A stretch of DNA of 64,000 nt from Callorhinchus milii. Taxonomy: Eukaryota. The stretch's first letter is position 1. Each line of letters starts with the position of its first letter. Positions 12,961 through 25,035 of this stretch are shown here, piece by piece. The notes beneath the pieces were generated by a model. It made no database searches. It saw only the letters and a program-made list of their open reading frames with translations, and was not told the DNA's origin. The position numbers and the translations under genes were made by a program. The DNA lies in NCBI RefSeq assembly GCF_018977255.1, contig NW_024704743.1:42348001-42412000 (forward strand), read 5' to 3'.

Positions 12961-13889
12961 CAGGTTCCCTGTGTCCCCTTAGGGCAGGGAGCAATGGAAG
13001 ACATCACAAACCAATTCAGACGCCCATAGTTTTTACAGGGAATGCGGAAAGGTCAGAGCAGTGGTAAGCCTTATTATGAGACCCTGGGATAACTAGGGCA
13101 AGAGTTGAGTCCAAATGGACACAGGTAATCACTGAATGCAATAAATCAATTCCACCTGGCTTTGCTTCACTGAAAATTTGTCACAACAAAGCAAACTTTT
13201 AATGTATTTTAGTGCAGGCCAGAAGTTTGTAGTGACTGAGAATTTGAATCAATAAATGCTATGTGTATTTATTTTCCCTCATAGTTGTGTCCTTTTCCTT
13301 CAAAACCATAAAACATTGTAATTAGATGTAATTATGACCCAAGGATGACAATAATCAGTTCCTCTGTCCCATAAACGCAAATATTTGTCGATTAATGTTT
13401 CCCGCGTATGAATCTGGTGTTGTTATGGATTAATCTGGCACATTGTTTTTATTAAACCCAGTCATATATTTATTGACTTTGTGTCAGAATGTAGAACCAG
13501 AAGAAGCAGTGTCCATTAGAGTGTGGTGGCATTAATGGAACCGACAAGACCATTCCTCGCAAAGGCCAGTACTCATCTCATCTGTTCTCCTTTCCCTGGG
13601 CTGGCAGTTCCAATAATACAAGCTGATTATGAGGGATGTGCTGTATTGACTGCACCTTTAATCTTTCACGTAATGCAATGCATTGCTCAGGCTCCTGCAC
13701 TGCACGGCTTTTTGCCACCCAATCCCGCCTGACCTCCACAGAATATTTACTAATATTACTAACATAACAGAGTTTCATTACAGTATCTAAAGCTTTAAAG
13801 ACTAATGCCTGCCCTGCTGGAGACTGGATTACTCAAAGCATCAGTATATTAAAGAGAAATATCAGGAATGAATATGCATCAATTCTCCA

Positions 13890-14055
13890 GATAAAATATG
13901 GTCATTCACTTCATGGCTGTTCGCTGGATATTGTGCACAAATTGGCCTCTGTGTTTGCCTGCAAAATAATCAGTCACAACATTTTACAGTATATTCTCTG
14001 AAATGCCCAACCTATGTGAAAGGTACTATATCAAATGCAAAGATTATTATTTATT
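13890..14055 (+). mobile_element. Deu-SINE 3' part
   Basis: GTGCACAAATTGGC core and AAGGTACTATATCAAATGCAA(ATT) tail. Confidence 0.7.
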
Positions 14056-14254
14056 TATTTTGTTAATGTAACATTTCAGAGCATTCATATTACATTTGAG
14101 CATTTCATTTTTATTTAAGATTCAGCTGAGTTCAACTTGAATCATACAAATCTTTTAAAAGCTAGCAACTGGCCTTTGGGTGAGCAAGGACAAATCAAGG
14201 ACTAAAGAAGATATAATACACTACTTCGCTAGATTATTTTATTACATTATAAAG

Positions 14255-14500
14255 ATTACAAAGAATGTCAGCATGGAAACCAGCCACTCGGGCTAACCAG
14301 TTTGTGCAGGTGTTTAAACTGCACTCGAGTTTTCCGCAGACCTTACTCCCGCCCTTCTATTCTCCTCTCCCTCACATAAAGGTCTGATTTCCTCTTAATG
14401 CATCTATACCATCTGATTCAACCATTGCTTCAGGCAGCGAGTTCCACAATCTCACTATGTGAAGGAGTTCCTATTTTGTATTTGTATCCCCTAATTACGG
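14255..14500 (-). mobile_element. CR1 3' end fragment
   Basis: Reverse complement of CR1 3'UTR and WNSLP coding region. Confidence 0.65.
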
Positions 14501-14529
14501 ACTCCACAACATATTTGATAATTAATTAT

Positions 14530-14678
14530 TAGATAATTATTTGGGAGGACAAGTTTGCAGGGCTATGGGGAGAGCGCGGGGGAGTGGAATTGAATGGGTT
14601 AGCTCTTTTCATACAGCTGGCACAGACACGATGGGCTGAATGCCCATGTGAATGTGCTGTATAATTCTATGATTCTAG
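14530..14678 (+). mobile_element. CR1 3' end fragment
   Basis: GGCACAGACACGATGGGCTGAATG...TTCTATGATTCTA tail, similar to 16160-16322. Confidence 0.8.
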
Positions 14679-14929
14679 GATATTTTAAAAGCCTTTTGCT
14701 TAATCAGACAATCACTTAATTCACCTATTTGCTTTCATTGGGTTTTCCAAACTCATACTCTTTATTTCTGTACAGCAGAAAGTTTCCTCTCTTGTGACAA
14801 CATTTCATTCAATGTTTTTCTTGAACTTATGGTGACTTCTACTCACCTCACTTAGTCTCTTGGTGTTTAACTTTTCTGATATCATTTTTTCACTATTCTC
14901 TTTGTTCCATTTTTGTTCTCCACATCATC

Positions 14930-15150
14930 AACCCCATCAGCAGTAGATGAGCTTTCACCCACTTTGCCCCCGCTCTCTGGAACTCTTTCCTAAATCCCTC
15001 CTCCTTGCATTCTTCTTGTCTGCTTTTAAACCTGTCTATAAAATGTTATCTTTCATTGAGCCTTCAGCCACCATCTTTTCCATATCCCTCTTTCCCATCC
15101 TCCTCTGCTCACACCATGTCTCTGTAAAGTGCTTTGCAATGCTTTCCTAT
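14930..15150 (+). mobile_element. Old L2 3' fragment whose tail continues at 16323-16361
   Basis: AFxxxAPxLWN-type remnant, pyrimidine-rich 3'UTR, TGTAAAGTGCTTTG. Confidence 0.65.
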
Positions 15151-15151
15151 A

Positions 15152-16322
15152 AGAGATTAATAAAAAATTAGAGGCCCACGGTATTAAGGGGACAGTGGCA
15201 GTTTGGATTCAGGACTGGCTGAGTTACAGAAAGCAGAGAGTGGTGGTTAATGGGTGTTTCTCGAAATGGAAGGAGGTGTGCAGCGGTGTACCCCAGGGAT
15301 AGGTATTGGGACCACTGCTTTTTCTAATATATATTAATGATCTGGATTTGGGCATAGAGAGGTCTATTTCCAAGTTTGCAGATGACACAATGTTAGGTAG
15401 GGTAGTAAATAGTGAGGAGGACTGTAACCAACTGCAAGCAGACATACACAGAACACAGAATGGTGGAATGGGCTGACATGTGGCAGATGGATTTCAATGT
15501 GGATAAGTGTGAGGTGATACACTTGGGAAGGAAAAATGATAGGAGGCAATATAGACTTGGTAGCTCAATCTTAATGGGGGTGAATGTACAGAGAGATCTG
15601 GGTGTTCAAGTCAGCGAATCATTAAAGGTAGCGGGGCAGGTAGATAAGGCAGTAAAAAAGGCATTTGGTGCACTGAGCTTTATTAGTAGGGGCATAGAGT
15701 ATAAGAGTAGGGAGGTTATGGTTAATCTATACAAATCACTGGTTAGGCCTCAGCTGGAGTACCGCGTCCAGTTCTGTACACCTTACTTCAGGAAGGACAT
15801 TAAGGCACTGGAAAGGGTGCAGAGGAGATTCACGAGAATGATACCAGGAATGGGGAACCTTAGCTATGAGGACAGGCTGCGAGAAGGTAGGACTTTTCCC
15901 ATTAGAGCAGAGAAGGTTACGCAGGGACCTGATAGAGGTCTTCAAGATCATGAAAGGTTTCGACAGGCTAGAAAAGGAAAAGCTGTTTCCGCTGGTAGGT
16001 GTGTCTGTGACCCGTGGTCACAGTCTTAAGATGTCTACCAAAAGAAGCAGAGGGGAGGTTAGACAAATTTTTTTCACTCAGCGAGTTGTTCGAATTTGGA
16101 ATGATCTGCCAGAAAGGGTAGTGAAGTCCGATTCGATAACAGCTTTTAAGAGAGAACTAGATAGGTATCTGGGGAAGACGGGTTTGCAGGGTTATGGGGA
16201 GAAAGCTGGTGATTGGGGTTAGTGAAAGTGACTTGCTCTGTCAAAGAGCCGGCACAGACTCGATGGGCAGAATGGCCTCCTTCTGTACCGTAACATTCTA
16301 TGAATCTATGAATCTTCTATGA
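15152..16322 (+). mobile_element. CR1 LINE, 5'-truncated, about 1.17 kb, with RT C-terminal half
   Basis: GVPQG*VLGPLLFLIYINDL, KFADDT, WQMDFNVDKC, LERVQRRFTRMIP, FFTQRVVRIWN; one in-frame stop and frameshifts; TCTATGA-repeat tail. Confidence 0.96.
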
Positions 16323-17542
16323 ATATGGAAGGCACTATTGAAGTACAATTTATTGTTGTTGGTTTTCCTCTTTTCTATCTAATTTTTCTGAGCAAAAGCC
16401 TTGATTATTAGTATATATCTTGCCATATGGGTTATTAGCCCTTCCCTCTGGGTCCAAAGGAGAGCAGAGCTATCACATGCCACCTTTTTAGATTGACAGC
16501 TGCTATTTTAACAATTTTAGTTGCTATTAGCCATTTTTTTCCACTATTGGCCTTTGGCTGCTTGACACCTTCAGATCAGGAATTGAGATTTATAACACTC
16601 CTAGTTATGGTCCTAATCTGTTTATCGTTTGTGTTGCAAACACCTCACAGTCCTTGGTCCCAACGGAGTAATTCTTTGCACTTGGCTCACTTGCCTGATT
16701 TATTGTTTTGGATATTCCTGACTTAGAGCTGGTGTTTATATTACATTACTTGTCATTGTGTCCTTTCTGTAAACCTGCCTGTTTCCCCCACTTCTGTTAT
16801 ATTCCAGACAATATTGCTTATCTTAAACAATACCTGTGATGAAAGTTTAAATGTCCATTGACTTCCAAATGTGCCCAATATTGAGCCATCAGATGCTCCA
16901 TGGTCTGATTACAATTTGTTCACTGGTTCCACATGGAACCTTTCCATCACTTTCTCAGATCATCTCCCCTCAAATTTTGAACAGCAACAAGCTATTTTTT
17001 TAATTGAGCCGAGCATCTTGACCTCAACCTCAACATTGTGATCGTGGCAACTGGGAGCTGAATCACGTCTCAGTTTGGCTCTTGTTTGCTATTGTAAACA
17101 GAGCATGAGGCATTTGGTATCCACAGACTTTACTATGTTTTTTTCTATCTGGCACCAAGATTTTTTTTTACAATCTCGGTGCCAAATTGTGACAGTAACC
17201 TTCTTGGTCATCCTTCTGCATAGGTCACACAGCCTCCTGGCAAGTGAATTCATTCATTCTCCACCTCTCCTTCAATCATCAGGACAGTTCTCCTTGAGGG
17301 GGAGGGGGTAGAGGGAAGTTAGCAGTGTCATCTCGGAGCTGAACTGGCTCCAAAGTGACATGCTTGGCAATCGAATGTCAGATTCGAGCCAACCTTCTGT
17401 GGCAGTCTTGTTAGTCCAGTTTCTGAGCCAGGTGGGTCTGCATATTCCAGGGCACTGCGGATGACAACTCAGCCAGACTGGCTCATCAGCAGGACATGGA
17501 AGGACAGACCAGCCACAAGAGTAGGGACTCTTCCCACTCACC

Positions 17543-17616
17543 TCAGCACTTTGGGACATCCTCTCGATGTGAAAAGCGATATACAAATGTAATTTGTTAG
17601 TGTTGTTGTTGTTGTT
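17543..17616 (+). mobile_element. Short L2 3' tail insertion
   Basis: CAGCACTTTGGGACATCC...GTGAAAAGCGATATACAAATG followed by (TTG)n. Confidence 0.8.
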
Positions 17617-18070
17617 AACCCTATAAGCCAAAGCTCTAATTGGTAGGGTAATCCTAGCTGGACAAGCAATGGAAAAGTTTGCCAGACAACACTCTCAATG
17701 GCAAGATATGTGCTTTTAGCTGGTCAGACTCCAGCAGTAGCCTAGCACACAATCTGGGATCCCAAAGCCTTGGCTCTTGCGTACCTGTGTCTAATACTTT
17801 CGAAAATTAGGTAAGCAGAATGCGTCCCTCCAGGGAGAGAGTGTGCATTCCATTCCAATGAACATCTATGGAATTTCCATGTATAGGTCAGATACATGAA
17901 ACTCTGTTTGTTTTGGATACTCTTAACCATGGTGATGGATTTCCGCATGTGTCAGACACCTGGCTGACTAAAAAAAACATTTGTCAGACTTAAAAGATCC
18001 TCCCAATGTGAAAGGCATCACATAAATTTGAATTGATGTTGTTGCTGTATTGTGGCTAACATTGTAACAA

Positions 18071-18182
18071 GTAACATTGCCGTTCAAAAACTGTGCGCAT
18101 TCACTCACAAAAATATACAAATGCTTTGTATATTTTTTATAAGTGAGTGAATGCGCAGACAGTTTTTGAACGGCAATGTTAC
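18071..18182. repeat. Near-perfect inverted repeat (51-bp stem)
   Basis: 24+14+13 paired bases, two bulges, 3-nt loop. Confidence 0.95.
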
Positions 18183-18699
18183 AGTATACGATTACGAGAT
18201 AAGGTACTATATCAAATGGAAGGATTGATTTTATTATTATTATCTATTTTTGTGCCATCACAAAGTAAAAATCTGACAATATATTAACTCAGTTTGTATT
18301 AAAGTACCTGATTAACAGGGATTCATTTTTTTATGCAGATTTCAGTAAGTTCCTGAAATGCCCAACTCATACAATCCCTGTGTGGTTTGAACCCAGTTAT
18401 GCCTTTATTTATCCATAGGGCTGTTTTATGAGCATGTATATACTTCAAAATACATATCCAATGATGTTTGGAAAAATAGACTTTGATGTGATTTGCTTTG
18501 CTGTGTTGAAATAATACAAATTTACAGTGAGAAAGCTGAAGCGGGAATTTAAGAGATTATTTCAAATTGTTTGTGACAGCTTTCTTCAGATTCATTTAAT
18601 TTAATTTTGTTACTGAGAACGAAATCAACAGAAAACAAAAATGATCTACAAAGTAAATAGAAACCAAGCTCTCAACTGTACTAAAAATACATTGGGTTC

Positions 18700-19150
18700 A
18701 AAAATGTTCCTTAGCATTTTGAAGGCAAGACATGGACATGGATTCAAAATAGGCTGAAGCAAAGGAAGCAGAGGATAGTTGTGAGGATTGCTCTGTCAAA
18801 ATCAGGAGAGGTATTACACATGTACTCCATGGATGAGACGTCATAGAGAGAATCTTGCAGAGGTATACACAATTTTAAATGGGATTGTGAAGGCAAATCC
18901 AGCAAAATTGGACACAGATTTAGGGTTGCAAAGGGTATTTCGAGACACCAGGAAACCTTCTTTACTCAGAAGGTAATTAATGACTGGAACAAGTTAGCAG
19001 GAAGATTTGCTGAGGCTAGAATGTTGAACTCATTTAAAAAATAACACAATTTTATACTGTAATTGGAAGATGGTAAGGTGGGTGTTCTGGAAGGGTGAAA
19101 TCAGAAGGACGTTCTTCATCTGAAACTCCCTAATGATCTTGTGGAAGCAG
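18700..19150 (+). mobile_element. Old CR1 3' fragment
   Basis: LAEVYTILNG and FTQKVINDWN-type remnants. Confidence 0.65.
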
Positions 19151-22100
19151 TAGTGTGTACTAGTGCCCGCCACCAGAAAAAAACATCTCACAACATAAAC
19201 TGTTTCAAGCAGGGTATGCAATGTAAGTTGCCCAAAAGCATGAGAACACATCTCTGAGTTGATCTCAAGTCAGAGCTCAGGCCTTGCATGACAATACGAC
19301 ACTTGTGGATTTCCCTACAACAGATGTAATGTATGTTGCAGGGTGATTTTTTGGTAACGCTACCACTTTCAACTCAATTATGAGCAAGCCCATTAGAATT
19401 TCCATTCGCTTGCATGAGGTTGAGTTTGGAAATACATTGTGTCAGACCAGAGTTCCTAGGAAAGTACCTCATGAAATACATGCCATTATGTTATCAGAAG
19501 AAGCCCTGATTTATGCAATTAAGATTTCTTATTAAGAGATTCCATCAAGACTACAAAATTGACCCCAATAACATCCACGCACATTCAGATTGTTGTAGCT
19601 ATTCATGCTCTCACAAGTGATAAGTGTACATGACCATAACATATATATATTCATACATATTCATGAGGTGAGTATTTTAAGCAGATCCTAAACATTTGAA
19701 GTAGACAATACTCGCCTGTTAACTTGTAATAATCTAATTTTTTTATTCATGCAAAACTTGAACCTGGCTCCTAATTATTACAAGGTGACTCTTCTAAAAC
19801 CTCTCTGATAGAATTGCAAAGATTTGTCATTTGATAGGGGTTTCTTCTCTCACTTTTGGTTCGGTACAGTGTCCCACCCATTCCTGCCTTTATTGAATCA
19901 ATGCTACTATGGTGATTACTCCTTCAGACGTTCCTCTATTTTCCTCCCAAGTTTCAAATTTGTTGTCCCACATGATCTTCTTCTCTATGTCTTTATTAGG
20001 TTGAAACCTAAATTTATGTAACCAACTCCAACTCAATTTTGGTCTTCAAAACTGTACAACTAGTTGCCTTATGTGGACATACTAATCTAAAAAATTTGCA
20101 GATTCTCGAACCCAAACTTCGCATCATCTAACCAATTTGTTTCTATTTGTTTCTCTGGCACTCTTTCAGGAAGTGAAAACAAAAAGAGAAGGAAAAACAT
20201 AAAGGATGATGTATTTGACATTTGGAAGGAAAGAAAGAGAAGAGAACAGAGATAAATAATGACCATGGTAGTATAAAACAAAGAAATATAGGAATGGTAG
20301 TAATAGAGATGTTGGAGGCTAGTGGAGAAAATAATTATTTATTGATAAGTCTTTTATTTCACCTTGTTCAGGTGTGCCAGGGAGACTAAGAGTCTCCTGA
20401 TAAAGGAAGCAGTGTTCAAGTCAAATGTTAGACTGTGTAGATAGTCAACAACAACAAGATTACATTTGTATAACGCCTTTCACGTCAAGAGTTGTTGCTG
20501 TATTATTATTCAGTTATGGAATGATAAGGTAGTTGAGCCTTTGTAAGTTTCAGGCTGTAACAGATTACTGAGTAAAAAATCAAATCAGCTTTATGCACAG
20601 AACCTTTGTTAATGCATAATTATCCATTTATTGCTATAAATGGGAAATCACATTGAAGGCCGACACTGCTAAAGGCAATGCATGTAATGCAAAACAGAAA
20701 TTTTACCCCACATTATTTAACCTGAATATTCACTGGGATGATTTTCCACTTGATCACCTTTGACATTCTATTTCTCAACTTCCTGTTAGATCTCCCCACT
20801 TCACATGCCATCAGTGAAGAAGACCTATATCCATTTACTGCCAGTATTAATTTGTAAATTTATCATTCTTTTCGGGATTCAGCTACTATTTTTTCCTATA
20901 TTCTCTGTGAGCAAATGAACGAAACATGTAACCATCGCTTCCCATTGCCATTGTTCTCCTGTCTCTGAGTTAAGTCAATATCCTGGTGCTTGCCACTCTG
21001 CAAATGATAACTCATCAGTTGGCTGCAAGAGGCTTCTGGCTAGCTTCAAGCACAAGCATTGTGCCAGAGTTGGGAACAGTTCACCCAATCCTAAATCATT
21101 AACTGGTTTGCTCAAATTTTCGTCGATGTGTTAATTATTGGCCTAACACGTAACATTTTTCACCCCACACACTATATGAAAGAAAGAAGCGGTGAAAGAA
21201 AGAAGTTCTAAAATAGTTAATTCCTTTACAGATGAAATCGTACAGGCTGAGTGATATTGCTGTGGTCAGTGTCAGTGCTGTCTTGTGGATGCAATAATAA
21301 TGCTGTAACACCAAGGATAGTAAACATTAACATTCTGCAACCCTGCTCAATATAGTAGTGTCCTGGGGAATTTGAGCTATAACCTAAGCCTTCCCAGCAT
21401 GACATCCCACATGTGAACCTAAAGCACTTTGATTTTTATTGCGTGCAGTATACAATATGAGACAAATGAGTCGAAGGCAATGTCTACCATGTTAGCACTG
21501 CATGGGGTTCTGGGCTTTAGAGCCAGCTGTTTGTTGTATTACAATAGACTAACAGGCCTTGCAAATTGTTGCTTATCTGAACTGTCAATGTCCTCTTCTA
21601 TGTGTAGACATGAATGTGAAAAGTACTATTATTGTCACTGGGGCAGAGAATTACCCACAGTGTGTCCAATGTAATTGTGTAATAAACTAGTTAACTATGG
21701 GCCCTCTGTAATTACATTATTGAGAAAATACATATAAGCACTTGCAATGAAGATACTGTAAGTGTGAAAGAGAATTAATGAACGTTACCAGCAGAAGTGA
21801 AATATAAGCTTTTTCTCATGTTGAATAAACCTAGTTATGCTGCAATGAGTTCTTTGTTTACACAAATCTTAGAACTGGTGGGAAAAAACATCAGAAACTA
21901 TTTTGAAACTTTCAAACAGTCAAATGTTTTGAACTCTGTTTGTGTGGAATAACACCATTGCTATGCTTTGCACTGTATTGAGATGCTTCAGGATTTCTTG
22001 TCCCCTCAGAGTTTCTTCATTCAGAGGTGCCATTGTGCAGATAAAGAACCAATTATGTGAGGTGAATTACCTTTAGGAGAGCATTGAGAGTATCCGAGCC

Positions 22101-22524
22101 AGGTTTTATTTTCACATGCCTGCCTGCAGTACCATCTTTGTATAAAGTGTACTGAATCACAACCCTTGGGAGATAGTGAGAGTAATGGCCATGCATAGAT
22201 GTTCTGAAGTTATGTTCACTGAGAGAGGGAATAATCCAAAATCTTTCAAATGATGTGGGCCAGCAGTGATGACGATGCTTACAATATCATGAACTTAAGC
22301 TATGATTTCAACAACAAAAACAACAACAACTTGTATTTATATTGCGCCCGGTAGGTATTGCTACCCTACACAGGTAGGTTCTTGGAACATTTAACAGCGA
22401 TTTGGTTTGAATTCAGAACTGGAGAACATGAGTGCAAAAATTAAAATGCCTGAAAGCCTTCCAAGAACCGACCAAGAAGCCTTCTGGTCTTGTTTTCTTG
22501 TTCAGGTGGATGTTAAACATTTCG

Positions 22525-23275
22525 ACAACAACAACAACAAGATTACATTTGTATAGCACCTTGCACGTCGGGCGGATGTCCCAAGGAGCTGGACAGTGTA
22601 CAGCATTTCAGACCCGAGCTGGGGTCAGGGCAGAGAAGGGAGGGGAGGGGAAGGGGGGTGACCAATGGCATGATTGAGGAGGAGGGTTCTGAGGTGGGAC
22701 TTGAAAGAGGCTAAGGAGGGGGCGAGGTGGAGTGATTGGCGGATGGAGTTCCAGAGGTTGGGGGCAGAGTGGCTGAAGGCTCTCCCGCCAATGGTGGGGT
22801 GGGTGGGTCAGAGGACATGGGGCAGATCGGAGCTGGCTGAGTGGAGGGAACGGGTTTGGTAGGGGGTTAGGAGGTCACAGAGATAGGGTGGGTTTGAGAC
22901 CATTGAGGGTTTTGTAGGTGAGGACCAGGATCTTGAACTGGATCCTCTGAAGGATAGGGAGCCAATGGAGTCGGGCGAGAAAGGGGGAGATGGGGTCACG
23001 GAGTTTGGTGCAGAGAGGACACGGGCTGCAGATTTCTTGATTATCTGCAGCCTGTGGAGGGAGGAGTTGGGAAGGCCGACAAGCAGGACAATTGCATAGT
23101 CGAGCTTGGAGGTGATGAAGGCATGAACAAGAGTTTCAGCGGCCTGAGGAGTGAGGTAGTGGCGAAGTCGGACAATGTTACGTTGGTGAGGGAAGACAGA
23201 GTGGGTCATGGCTTGGATGTATGTAAGAAATGACAGTTGAGGGTCAAACAAGACACCTAGATTCCTGACTGGCTG
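22525..23275 (-). mobile_element. L2 LINE, 5'-truncated, relatively young
   Basis: VRNLGVLFDPQLSF...TLVHAFITSKLDY...LHRLQII; (TTG)n tail; highly similar to 36735-37270. Confidence 0.95.
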
Positions 23276-23319
23276 AAAATGTCCTGAAAAAAATTTCAGG
23301 ACAGTTTTGGAAAAAATTA

Positions 23320-23475
23320 TCATTTAGTGTATAGCTATTTGTGGGACACTGATGTGTACAAATTAGCTACTGCATTCACCTAGCCTATACAGTGCCTACA
23401 TTTCACAGCAATAATGTTTGAAATGCTTTCAGATATTTCTATGTTTATAAGCATTATATCAAAAACAAGGAATAT
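23320..23475 (+). mobile_element. Deu-SINE 3' fragment
   Basis: TTTGTGGGACACTGATGTGTACAAATTAGCT core. Confidence 0.6.
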
Positions 23476-23544
23476 GTTACTGGAGATACCTGGAATATTT
23501 TTTCGGAATAGTGGATATGCAGATAAAGCTCTCAATATTACATC

Positions 23545-23955
23545 CATTGCCCCCTTTACAGAGAGCTAGATAAATATGTAGTTAGAAAGAGGAGTGAAGG
23601 TTATAAAGAGTACAGACAGAGATGATCAAATACTCTGCAGGACATGACTGTTCCTAGGCTACTGGAACCATAGAAGTGTCATCTGTGGAATGCAGATAGT
23701 CAGGGTTGAAGAATGTAGGTCGTAATGTTAGATTGATATTCTGGAGTTTTGCTGGTTTACCTTAGGGGGCCAGGGAGAAATTTTACAGAGCTTTGTCTTC
23801 TTCAAAGTTTTACCTGTGGTGAACCAACTCCCTAAGGAGGTTAAGCAAGTTGGATCGAATGCATGATAGTGAAAAGTGTATGTTGTTTGAGGAACGAACA
23901 GACTCTAGGGGCTGATGGCCTTTTTTTCTCATTACATATTGTCTCATGATCGTAT
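23545..23955 (+). mobile_element. Very old CR1-like 3' end
   Basis: GAGCTAGATAAATAT and GGGGCTGATGGCCTTTT terminal motif. Confidence 0.5.
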
Positions 23956-24729
23956 TATATTAATACTAAAACAGTCATCACTCATCCAAACAGCTACCCA
24001 AGCTCCAAATAACACTGTATTACCTGCTGTTCCTCCTCCCTGTGTTGAAATCACTATCCAAATAATGTTAAAATTGATGCACATCACACCATCTGCTACT
24101 GTAATTCTAGGACCTCACTGTTGTAGAACTCCTTACCTCCCTCATCCTTACCTTCCTCATATAACCCACAAAATTTTAAATTCAAGATTGAAAACAACCA
24201 ACCACTATTTCTCATTATCTCTCCTGCTCTTAGTAGTGTTGTGCACTGTGGATCTTGATTTTTCAGTTAGCTCTCTGAAAATAACAATTGATAGTACAAA
24301 ACTCATAGCAGTACAGTGATGGTGAGATGCAGTGTGTACGTATTTTATAAGTAACTAAATATGTCTTTTATGGCAGAAAAGGTCATTGAACAATGTAAGA
24401 TAGAAAGGGATATCATGACAATGCAGAGAATGCTATTTATTGACTTATTCTCCTTATTTCTGGAAGCACATATATAATTATTCTACATTAGATCATCATC
24501 CTACTGCCTTTACCAAATGGCTACTGAGTGCCATTAACTTTGTTGGAACAAATTTCCATTTTATAAAATAATTTTATTTGGCCTTATTCTCCCTCACCAT
24601 TTTTTGCCTTCTTCCCTGAATGCTCTTGACACATTTTTCCCCTGCAATGGTGTGTGGCTCTACTACTACCTCACTTAAGTACTGTTGCTACCTCACTTAA
24701 GTAGCCTTTATTTATTTTTCAAAAATTAG

Positions 24730-25035
24730 AATAATCCTTACATTTGAATTAGTGCCTTTCATCTCGAGAGGATATCTCAATATGCTTCGCAGGATTAACT
24801 TTAAATCTAGTGATATTGTAGCGTATTTTGGAGGAAAATGAGGTAGCCAATTTGCATGTTAGCAATGTCCCATCAAAAAAATCATGAAGTGAATGGTCAA
24901 TTTTACATGGGGAATTGTTAGCCAGACATCAAGAGAGATTCTCTTCTTAATTAGTACCATGGGATCTTTAACATCTTCCTGGTAGCTAGATAGTATCTTG
25001 TTTTGACAAGATCTTATCTCATCCTGAAGATGTTT
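24730..25035 (-). mobile_element. Deu-SINE family B, truncated
   Basis: TAGTACCATGGGATCTTTAACAT core and tail. Confidence 0.75.

Noticed and set aside
15412..16222. 205-aa and 118-aa ORFs as a host gene
   Set aside because: Frameshifted pieces of a 5'-truncated CR1 ORF2
18071..18182. Known conserved microRNA
   Set aside because: I recognise no mature miRNA, and the stem is longer and more perfect than typical pre-miRNAs; kept only as a structural finding
23915..24319. 134-aa ORF
   Set aside because: No motif or clear splice context; starts in a CR1-like remnant
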